From NCBI GenBank assembly GCA_016201795.1, contig JACQCF010000010.1:79095-143094 (forward strand): a DNA stretch of 64,000 nucleotides. Direction: 5' to 3'. The notes under the pieces are model-generated. The model did no database searches, had not been told where the DNA came from, and worked only from the letters and a program-made list of their open reading frames with translations. This document shows positions 50,801-62,800 of this stretch, piece after piece (positions within the stretch are counted from its first letter, which is position 1; each line of letters begins with the position of its first letter). The stretch comes from Candidatus Omnitrophota bacterium (GTDB taxonomy: Bacteria > Omnitrophota > Gorgyraeia > Zapsychrales > Fredricksoniimonadaceae). The position numbers and the translations under genes are program-made.

Positions 50801-53800
50801 GGCTGGGTGGTACGGCTATGCGTGCCCTTTGGAGCCCGACCTTTAGAACACGTAATTTGGTTGGTAATCCGACGTTCCTCGGGCACGGTGCTATGATCCG
50901 AACTGATTATCTCAGAGAATTCTTCGGGGCCCAGCCGGATTATGTTGCTGAGGATATCATGATCGCTTTACTCTTTAGAAAATATGGAGTTGATGTCCGT
51001 TATGCGGATTACCTGGAAATGGGTGAAGGTATTGAGCAGTCTCTCGCGGACTATATGTCCCCAACCACCAAGAAATGGGCGCAGGGTACAAAAGAAGTTA
51101 CCAAAGGGCAAGGATTCAAACAATTAATATGGACCAAAGAAGTTCCGTTGAACGAACGAATCGACATTTGGTTACATGGTGTCGGGTTCTACACGATCCT
51201 CCACATGTTAGTTCCTGTAACTATTGTCCTCTATTTTGTTAATAATATGATTGGAATTAATCCATTTGCAATTATGGCGTATTTCATCGCTTTTGTCGGT
51301 ATGGCGGCCTCCATGGGGATCAATGCATATCTTTTGGTCGATAGGCTGGAAGGCGGCGAAGACGACGGCGGCATTAAAAACGCGTTCAAGAGTTTCGGCC
51401 TGTTCTTAGCTAAGGGCGCCCTCTTCTTCTGGACGCTTTTGATCGGAAACCAGATCATGGGCGTCATCATCGGTTGGATGGAGAGAGCCGAGTATATCAC
51501 CAGTAAGAAAGGCCCTGGTTTAACCCAAGAGAACCCGCGCCAGATGTACAACAGAACAAGGGGCGCAACGATTATGGCAGTTGGATTAGGATTGTTCATC
51601 GCCTTGTATACGTTAGCGGCAAACTTCATTATATCGCTTCCGATAGTTGCTTATGACCAGGAGTTCCCGTATCAGGTTATTGCTTCCATTCTCTATATTA
51701 TCGTTCAGATCAGCTGGGTCGCTTCGATCTCCTTATTTAATCCGGGACGAACGTTGCTTGGAAAAGCCAAAGATATCCTCTATCATATCGGGTATGCCTT
51801 AGAAGATATTGTCAACTTCTTGATTCGTGATCCGTTTATGAGACGTGTAGTGTACAGATATGTTTATCCGCTTTATCGGCTTATCGCAAATGGCTTTGAC
51901 AGCGACAGAACGGTTGTTGATATAGCCAACCGTCTATTAGGTCAAAAGAATGTTGAGTTGGATGAAGCAAATCTGAAGGCAATCTTCGGAGAAGATAAGG
52001 TCAATAGAGTCGCCGGTGTGTTTAAAGCAGGTCAGTTTGGCCAACAAGGAAGCCGTGCCATGACACGCAGCGGCAGGGAGAGGGAAAGAGAATTGGTATC
52101 TAAGATTATCTATGAAGATATGATGCGCATGGGACGGGATTTAGTTAAGGTCTTCTACGAAAAGAATAAAGTTGCACCAAATGACGATGAAATTGAAGAA
52201 TTTGCACAACGCTGGATTTATGAAGGCGGTAAATTTAACAGGGCGGTACGTAAACTCAATGATTATTTATCTATCCGGGTACCGAAACGGGAATTCTCTA
52301 CAACATTCGACCGTTTAGTTGATCACTTGTCATCAACGCAATCATTCTTGTTGGCTATGCAGGCCTACCGCCGCGTTATCGGCAGCGAAGAGAAGTTTAA
52401 GGACGATTACACCAAATTTTTATCTAACGGAAATAAAGCCTATGATCGGACACAAATTTCACAGAACAGCACAACAAAGCTGAGGGTATTAGCCGGTACC
52501 CTGGGTGTTGGGTTTGCAGTTATAGGCTTTGCGGTCGGATTAACGGTTATCGCTTATGCCCTCTTAGGCGTGTCTTTAGTTATACTCATCGGCAGTGCGT
52601 ATCTTCATATCATGGGCATCAGCACGATGGGTGAATTTATGCAAATGGTTAAAGGTCAAGCTGTACTCCACGGCTCCATTACAATAGACGCTGATGTTGA
52701 AAAAACTTTAGAGAATATCTGGGCTGATCCTTTCAAATCACTCAACCAGTTGGCTAATGAATTAACCATTGAATACCTAATGAATGAAGAACCGCGCGAT
52801 GCGGGTGAGTTAAGTTATGACCAATTCAAGCGACGTATCATTCAGGTTGTTACCGGGAACGAGTTAGACTTTGGCAACCCTGAAATCGCCAAGGCGGCAA
52901 AGACGGAAGCCAAAGAATTTATCATCCGCGTTTTAAGAGAATCGGATCAGGTCAAGCTTCCGGATGATGTCGGCGCCGAGGTCTTTATTAAGGAATTTTA
53001 TAATCGATACATTTTATCCCAAGCCGAAGTCAGCCTTGTTTATTCAACAGATAACAACGGTGAAGGCGTTCTGGATATGAAACTCATTGAAGAGATGCTG
53101 GTGATCAATCCTAACTTAAAAGTTTACCTTGTACCTAAAAGCCGGCCGGTCAGAAATGACTTTTCTTATATGGACGCCAATCGGGTTATGGCTATGACGT
53201 TAGAATTGGCCCGAAGACGAGGCGATGTTAATAAATATGACATCTTCAAGAAATTAAGAAGATTTAAAGGAAATTCAGAAGAAGGACGATTCCATATCTT
53301 TGAGCATGGCCCGATGGTTCAAGGTCTTGATCCGACCGGCATCAGTAAAGAGTTCTCATTCTTATTAAGAGAAGGACGAACGATTGAAGAAAGTCAACGT
53401 CGTGGTAATAAACTTGTCGATAAACGAGAAGTGGTTATGTTCAACAAAGGTCAGGCCAATGCCGAAATTAAGGGATGGCAGGCACCAGCCTATCTCGGGT
53501 TCATGGTCAAGGGCCGTGTTGCCGAAAAAGCTCACGGTGTCAGTAGGGACCGTCAACCGCAGGCTTCGATATTTGTCGGATTACGAGCCGGTATTCCGCA
53601 TTATATAGATTGGGCGATAGCGCACCGGGCGGATTTTGATCCTTATGCAGAGAAGTTCTTAAGCTCAGCCAGGCAGACAACCAAAGATTACATCAATGCG
53701 ATTATGGGTGCGAAGTTCAGAAAGATGTTGGGAGATAAGTTTGGTTGGGATGTTGACTTTGGTAAAAATAAATATAAACCATTAACAAATGAAATATTGT

Positions 53801-56800
53801 TTGCCCATCTTTTTAAAGGACGCTGGACAGATTTGCAGAAAAGAAAAGGCGATAATGAGTTTGTCGATTTCTTTATTAGCAAAATAGAAGAGATTTATTC
53901 CGATACGACGCTTGATGATGCGCAAAGAAGAGCCGCGGTAGAAAAGTTATTTAAAGAGTTAAAAGCTGAAGTGAAAAAGGCTCTCGAGGGTATGAAAAAA
54001 GGTATTGAAGAGAAAGCTCCCGGCATCGTTGCGAAGGCCTTTGATGAAATTTTAGCGGGTATCGATGCCGAATTTAATGAAGCTATAGAGGAGGCTAAAA
54101 AAGCCCACATGTTTGAGGTGGCACGTAGAGATGATGCTATTAAGCAGGCCATTTTGGCTGCCAGAGCAGAGCTTGAGAAAGAGGTGGAGCAGTTGGTTGC
54201 AGGGGTTAATGCGAAGCAGAACAAAATCGATGCAGTCATTGGAGATTTCTCTACTGTCAGTAGCCGCCTTGGCGCTGTCCAGCAACGGGTTAAGCTGGTG
54301 ATCGATGATATACAAAAACGGATTCAACAATATTATCGTCAAGGGGCTGAGATGCAAGGCGACAATTATAAAGGTTTTGGCAATTATGTTCCGCCGACGG
54401 AGGAACACCATAAGCGCGACTTATATGCCACTTATGAACAGTTACGCGAGGACAGCGAAGCCATTGTCGCTCAATTGAGACAGCTGAGAGAATTTTATGA
54501 GTCCAGAGGATACCAAGGGGATGAATCGGTAAAGTTCCTGGATAAAACGATTACCGCGATATTGAAGTTATTCTATAACTCAAGAAACGCCCTTAAAGAC
54601 TTAGCCGATGACAAAGCGTTACTGGCCGGATCAAGCGGCAGCGCCAGGCGCGATGCCATGGAGATGGAAGACAAGTTAAAAGTCCTTATGCATGCCTTAG
54701 TGGATAATGCCTTTAAACAAGTTCTCGAACACAAAGATGACAATATCTTCGGCGCCTTTAGATACCGGGCTGGTCAAATCTTGGCAGCAATTTATGAACA
54801 AGAACCGGGCGTTAATCAAAGCAGTGCCTTAAAGAGACGATACCAAAATATCCTCAATCAATTAACCTTCTGGTTTAGAAATATTGAACAAAGATATATC
54901 CACAATCACGCTCTTGGACTTATCAGCGCTGCTGATCAGACAGAACTTAAAGCTGCGCTCAATGAAGAAATAACAGCGCTCGAAGAATTATTGCTCGGTG
55001 TCAGGTCTGCCAAACATCAGGAAGTCAGCAGTCCTACTGCCGATGCCGGAGAAAACAAAGCGGTCATGCTGGCCAGTCGAATTGGAGCCATCAGAAGCAA
55101 GTTGCGTGATGCTCTGTGGGCCACGCTTACGGTCAAGGTTGAGCAACCGTTGGAAAAAGCCCTTATTGACGGGGAGATGACGATGGCTCAAAAGAAAAAA
55201 GTTTCCTTTGTTGAGCATATTGTTCCGCCGGTTACACCGATTCCGCAGGTCGACAGAGAGGACAAGACAGCAACAATCTTTAGTGAAAAACGAAATGAGC
55301 GATTTGTTGTTAGCTGGGGCTGGGCCAAACTGACAGGAGTCATCCTGTTTATCAGCGGCTTTATTATGGCATTTAATTCAGTGATCATTCGCGTGGTTGT
55401 CGGTGGTATAGGGCAGTTTGTCTTAAGAGAAAAAGGCATTGCCAACGACATTCTTGGGCAGATCACGCTGCCGGGTATCCGAGAATCAGCAGTCATGGGA
55501 ATGATCGCTATGGTTGCCGGTATTATGCTGATGGTTGTGGCCGGACGATTACGGTTCTATGCGGAGTTGGCGGTGCATGCTCCGGAGCACACCAATGACG
55601 ACAATCGTAAATTGCTGTTTAAGGGATCTATTGATACCAGCCGTGATCCGTCGGATAAAGTTTTGGTCAGAAGTAGCCGGGGCATTGTCCATCAAAGGGG
55701 TGGACGTATTTATGTCAATAAAACCGTATTATTAAAGAATTTCGGATTGCCGGCCCGTGTTTGGATGTTGGTATCAGCGATGACACAAACAATACATTAT
55801 AGAATTCCGCTATTAGTTTATATTCCGATTTTTGGTTCAATTCTAAGAGACACGGTTACAGCCCTGGTCGGAATTGCGCCGGTGGTCCTTGCCGCGATTG
55901 CCGCCTATGTGTTGGGCATGAATTGGTTAGAGATCCTTGGAGTAGCAGGTATAGGGGCTGTCGGCATGGCTTCCGTTGCAGGTATCTATTCTGCTTATGT
56001 TGGGATGACACATAAAGAAATAAATCTCCGTGAGTTTGACTTAGCATTTAAGAAGGCCTCCGGAGCAGACCAAGGTGCAGAGTGGAAGCTCACATCGAAA
56101 GAAACGGAAGAAGAGAAGATAAAGAGGATTAAGAGAAAAGAAGACAAGATTAATGATTTTGTTCAAGAATTCGTTGAAAATTATCTTAAGACCGAACGAG
56201 AGATTAAGATACTGCTGCTTGGCCTCAACGAAGATAGTGTTAAGCCGTTAAGAGAGTTTATTAATAATTACATGAAGAAAATTGGTAAAAATAATATTCA
56301 AATTGAGGTTTTAATAGACGCTGATGCGGAAAACTTAAAGGCATCCGCAAACGGATATAAGGCGGATGTTATTCTCGCCGTGGGTAACAAATTTGCCGAG
56401 AAAACTGGTTGGACAAAACCGACGTATGTCGCCTTTAACATTAACAAGGAAAATGCCGTTAAGCACGGGGTCGGCCTTAAGAAAGATAAGACCACCGGCG
56501 CAATCACCAGCTCAATTAACGGAAATGAAATATATCCGGCCTTTATCGCCCTGAAGCCGGGCGTAGAGCATATTGCCTATAATAATGAAACTGGCGAAAA
56601 TATACAAATTCAGTATACCTCCGAATATATAGAAGCGTTACTCAGCACGCAATATTATGCCTTAAGAAAATATGTTTATAAGGGTGAAGAAGAGAGATTG
56701 CTGAAAGATATCAAGAAAGATATGGATACGAGTACGAAAGGCTTAGGGTTACCTTTTGCTTATATTGTCCTGGGTGCGGTTCCGATTTTTGAAAAAGAAT

Positions 56801-59800
56801 CAGTCATCGGTGAATATCTGCCCAACTTCCAGCTGCAGAGTGTTGCCGGAAATCAGGAATTAGAAGAGTATATTAGTAAGATTGACGGCGCCGGTGCCGG
56901 CGGCGGCGGCGGGTTCACCTTTGTCACCTTAGTGGGACATAAGGAAGCGGCCAAAGGCAAGGGTATTGTTGCCGCCTATTCACCGACTTCCGATAACGGC
57001 GGGTCTACCGGGGAATTACGTATCGTGTTTATGCCGTTTAGAGGAACGACCGTGGCTATGGGTGATGGTATTCAAGTTACGCAGATGAACTTAGACATGA
57101 CGAAACATAAAATTTTGGAGATGCGTGTCGCTTCGGTAGGAACCAATGTTTTTGACGAAAAGTTCGGCGGAAGAGAAACAATGACCGCCACTGTGTTAAC
57201 CAAGATTATTGAGGAGATTAACAACCCGACAACGGATGACGGTACCAATCTTCTGGATACCCCGCTGCCGGTATACTTCTTGGCTAATCAATTAGCGCTC
57301 TCTAAGGTCTTTGATAAAAAGTTTCTTTTGGCCAAGACAGAAGAAGGCCGCCGCAGATATCCCAACCTTAATTTAAGAGGCGCGTCCATCCGAAACCTCG
57401 TTTGGATGGCCATGGCTGAACGGTACAATATCTATCCTGATGTTAGAGACCCTGTTGAAGCCGGGAAGAAAAAGGTCGAAAAGATGGAAGATCCGGAATA
57501 TGAGCAGTATAAGAAAGATTTGGCAGAGCGATTTAAGGCCTTCCAATGGATGCTTGAGAAGGCGACCACCACTCAATTTAAGGATCATGAAGGAAAGTAT
57601 ACCGGACAGGTTCACCAGGCCAATCCAACGATCAGCGGTTCCGAGATTGCCGTAACCTTTAAAGCACCGGTGACCGAAGATGAGATCAAGGTCATCGAAG
57701 CAAAGCTGCATGACTTCCGTAAATTCCTTTCAGAGGATCGACGTACGATTTATGGGCAGAGATTTATTGATAAACTTGAGCCGCCATATACAGCTTATCA
57801 AAGAGAACGTGATGTCGAAACAAATAATAGAGTTGTTGATTTTGAGGCTATGGGATCCTTCGTTCCTATTCATGAATCAGAGAGGGCCGCTGATGAAACC
57901 GAACGAACTATGAATCCTAAGAAATACAGAGGCCAAGAGATAGAATACAGACCGATGGCTCAACCAGGATGGTATCTGAAGATCAACACCGAGATCTTTG
58001 TCAATCAGGAATATATCGATACGCTTAAGGGAGCTAAGGTTAATACATTCGGTGCCGGTAGTTTGTTCAGCAGTCAGCTGCCTCAGTTAATTACCCGAGG
58101 AGCCGTTGATGCCTTGCTTCTGACAAAAGCGATCAATATCTTTGTCTTTAACAACGTTGCCATCGAAGAAACAATGAACATGAAGGCCATTGATATCATT
58201 AAATTTGTCGAAAAGCTGGCCTCACGGCATGTCTCTGATGACGTAGCCAAGATCATCGCCCAAAGACGCGGCTTGCAGGAGGGTGAATATTCCAGAGGAC
58301 AAGACGGCGAAAATAAAGGCGTATATTTCACGAAAGACAGCGATTACCTCATCCGCTTCGGCGATCTCTTTGACGGATATATTATTAACAAAGATGAGAC
58401 GCTGAAGAAAATTGAAGCGGAAATGAACAAGTTTAAAGATGAGAAAGTTGATGTGGCTCTGACAGTTTCAGAAGCGAAAAGAGCAGAGCTAATCGCTCAA
58501 ATACAACGGTATATTGTGATACAGCGAACTAAACTCGGTGAAGTTAATGCAAAGCTTGCGGCTTTACCAACCACAGATTTGACAGAGGAGCAACAGCAGC
58601 AAAAATCGCTGCTTACAGGGTATAAGGAATTCTATGAAGCTGACTTAAAGAAGGCTGAAAAATACATTGGGCAAATTACAGCGGAAGTTGTCAATGAAAG
58701 TCAATATAAACATGGGATATTAACGGTGTATGACGGCAGTGATGTTTCCTATGACGCCGAATTCAATAAGCTTGATATTGGTAAACGATATTTTGATGAA
58801 CAGGGCAATGACATTACCTGGATGTACAACTATGACAATCCGACCTATGGTTTCTACGGCGGTGGCCCCATGTGGATTGACGAAGAAGGAAACCGCTATA
58901 TAGAAAAAGGTTCGGATAACTTCTTCCGTATCATCGCTGACGCAGAACATTTTGAATACGTTGTCCCGAGCGAGAAGATCAGAAAAGAGTTGATCCATTA
59001 CAATAAGTATGTCCACTTCCTGTATACTCATCCGCTATTTGCTCGAAAAATCGGCGTTGATTTGACTGACCTTAAAGGCGACCTCGGACGGTTATCCTGG
59101 TATATCCATGACGGCCGTCTGGTGGGTGCACGGACCGAGGCCGGGCGATTTAGAGATGCCTTTGTCTTGAGTGATAAGGATAGGGAATATTTGGCCAAAC
59201 GTAATATCAAACATCCATATGAAGAAAATGTCCTCTCCTGGGTGCAAAAGCCTCTCAAAGCCGCCGGCCCGATTGTGGAGTTTGAAGATTTTGTGGCTTT
59301 GGATTCAGGACGCGTTAGCGCAATTATGACTGAGATCAAAAAATTACATGAAAGCATAAGAAAGCAATTCATCTTGTATTCCGGTCCGTCAGCGGTTGGA
59401 AAGAGCCCGCTTTGGAGACAGATGCAAAGGATGTATCCAGACACCTTCAGCCGAATCATCCTGTACCATTCAAGAGCTATGCGGCCGGGAGAAGGTGAAG
59501 GGGTTGATTATTACTTCCGGACAACTGAAGAGATTGAGCGTCTCGCTAAAGAGCAAGAAGATTTTGTGACCATGGATGTTTATGGGCAGATTCAGGGCAT
59601 TAACTTAAAAGACGTGAATGCGGCAGTTCAAAGCGGAAAGATAGCGATCGCTGAAGTCTCGGTTGATTGGGCGGATCATTTAAGAAAACTTTATCCGGAA
59701 ATCATCTATAGCATATTTGTTGCGCCGCTTAGCGATGTAGAAATAAAAGCCCGTGCCCAAGCCAGCGGAAAATCAGCGGATGAAGTTATCTACGAAGAGA

Positions 59801-62800
59801 TGCTTAATCGGCAGAATGAACGACACGCCGAGATGCCGACGGCAGAGGCCAAAAGAAAAGATCGGGCAAGAGCAGCGGTTGAAGAGATGGCCCGCAGAGG
59901 GGAATATGATGCCGTGGTTGTTAACGCTGACCTCAGAGATTTAAGCAGCTATGCTTCCCGCTGGGAAGGCTTGGAAGGACAGGCCTTGGTTGCAGAATTT
60001 ATGGCCTTGGTGAAGAAAGCCACCGCCTCCTTCCGTACCCGTCCCGGCAAAGAAGAACCGACCGATGAAGCCGTTCGTGAAACGATCGCCCAAATCGGTG
60101 GATTAGAACAAATGGCGGTTGTTGAGGATAAAGCCATTGAAAATGCGGTGAAAACATTAGAAAGACTTGGGCAACATGATGCGGCAAGATTATTAGAAAG
60201 AGCAGCCGAAATCGAAGAAGCCCATCAGGAAGCGCTCAGGTTTGAACATTTGGCCGTGGCTAACAGAGCCTTGAGGAACGCGGAACGTTTGGCCTTACAG
60301 GCTCGGGATGAAGCAGGGGCTCAACAGGCCTTAAAAGAATACGCAACGGCAATCACATTTTATCAGAAAGTCGATTCCGATGAGGCCAGGCAGAACCTGA
60401 AAGTCGCTCAAGCCAAAGAAAAGAGATTACGTAAGTCTCTCAAAGACTTCAAAGAATATTTTGATGTTATATCGGAGTCTGGTGAAAAGACGACAGAGAC
60501 TGTTTCCCGTTTTGAGGCGCATCAAAGAGGGATACGGCACGGCGGCATCAGTTTGATGGTTTTTGACCATGCTGGCCGTTTCCTGGGACAAATAAGGGCA
60601 GCGGACAAAGATGTCTTCCCATCGAAGCTTTCCAATGCCGCTGCCGGACACATCAAGGCCGGGCATGGACCCTATGAAACTTTATTGGCCGAAGGTCCGG
60701 AGGAAATCAGCATCGGCAGTAAGTCATTGGCATTGAATGAATCAAACGTCCACCAAATCGGCAAAGACTATGCCTATGATGGTTATCTGGAAATGTTTGA
60801 GTTTACTTATTTAAATGCCGCAGAAAAACAGGCGCTGGTTCAAGTGATGCAGGCGCGTTTGGGCAATCAGCAAGGCACAAAGACCCAACACATTCTGTAT
60901 GACATTAATGATGAATTATCGGTGATTTACCTGTTCACCTTCAATGCCACCCAACACCAGGCCTTAAATGAATTGGCGCAGGCCATCAGCCAGCAGACCG
61001 GGACTGGCCACGGCAATTATACCTATAATCGGGAGAAGAAATCTTTGTATGTTTACGCGCTCAACAGTCAGGAAGAAGATTTAGTGAATGAGATTATGTC
61101 GCAGATGAGAGGTGGTACACAGTTGCAGGAAACGGGTGAGGGCAAGGGCGAGGTGGCGGGATTGCGGTGGGTGGACTTTGATCATTTGGTTGAAGAATTC
61201 CATGCCCGTCCGCAGCAGTACACCGACGTGTTTGTTCCGTTGTTGACGGATGCACAAATCGTTGCACAGATCAAACAGGCGCAGCAAGCCGGAAACCGCA
61301 GGGTTTATGTGTTGGCCGATGTGGATAAAACATTATTACCTAAAGGTCAAACCTTACATGAACCTCAACAGGCCGCCATGCGTGATACGTTGGTGGGTGT
61401 TGTGGACGTGGTCACAAAAGCAGGTATCATTTCCGGAAATTCCCGTGCCGCTCAAAACAAACGCATCGTTGCTGGCATTACCGCAAAGGCCCGTCCCGAT
61501 ATTGACATGTATGTTAACGGTGGTGGCACATTGATGCAGTTGGCCGGCAACGACCAGTGGCAGAGCCGCAATATAGGCGGTGATTTGAAACAAGAACATT
61601 TGAATGCCGTGGTTGAAATTTTAACGGATCTGGCGGTGAATAAGAAGTTCCTGATGGATGAAGAAGAATTGGCAGCTTGGCGAGCGTATTTCAGTACCCG
61701 TCCGTCCGAGGGACCATTTAGCAACTCATTACCGGAAGGCTTCGGCCGTCGCCGCAATAAGGACTTTCATTTCGCGTTTGATTTCAGCTGGATCAACGGG
61801 AACAGCAATTTCAAGGTAGGTATTTTTGATGCCGAAGTTCTCGAAAACTCTCCGACGGACAGGAATTTACCGGTCACGGCTCCGTATGTCGAGACCCGTG
61901 ATGGAGTTTCATTCACAATTAAACCGTTATTAGGCTGGCAGGAATTGTTGCCTGACCGGGGCGAAGCGGCAGATATCCGTATTCGCTTGATTGAACATAT
62001 TGAACGCGAACTTGGCCGCCGTGGATTGGCCGGCGTTTATGAATTACGTCCGGGTGGCTCTTTGAGTATTGACGTGGTGCAGAAGGGCATTGATAAAGGT
62101 GTTGCGCTGTTGGATTTTGTCCGCCGTCATAACGTACGCCGGGTGAAAGTGTTCTCCGTCAGCGCCAATCCCCAGCGGCATGCTGCTTCCGTGCAGGGGA
62201 AGGTCACCTGGATTGGAGTTGGAGAACAAGCCACGCAGGCATTTTTACGCAAAGCCCTGGATGAAGGGACCCTGGCCAAGGAAGAGGAAGGGACATTGTG
62301 GTATATCGCCGACGAATTGAGCGAAAACGGTAATGACGTCCCGGCCGTGCTCGCCGCCGAAGCAGCCGGTCTGCTGGTTGTTCCGCAACCGGCGATTACC
62401 TCTAATCGCACGGCGGCCGAACGCAGAATCGCAGAGGGTGGGGTCAAGATTCGTCATTATGCTCCGCATACTTTGGAAAATTACGCGCAGCAACTGCAAT
62501 CAGGGTTCGAGGCCATTGGCGTGAATGCCCGGTTTGAAGTGGCGCAAAAAGGTGAAACGGCTCAAGCCTTCGCGGCACGGATCCAAGGACAAGTCGCGGA
62601 TGTGTCGATTGTGCAATTCCATGGCGCGGAAAAAGAAAAGCCGGTTGTTGCTCTGGATTATCCCGGCGAAGTTGTTGTGTTGATCCACCGTCCGGAAGAA
62701 GTTCTTTTAAGATACGGCTCGGCCAAGGTCCAGGAAATGTTAGCCAAGGCTAAGGCCATCATTCTCTTAGGCCGGGCGATGCGCAAAGAATATCAGCAAT

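Noticed and set aside
59365-59945. Stand-alone gmk gene (likewise secA, yvcK, idi)
   Set aside because: These are in-frame domains of the giant ORF without their own stop codons, so no gene symbols were assigned.
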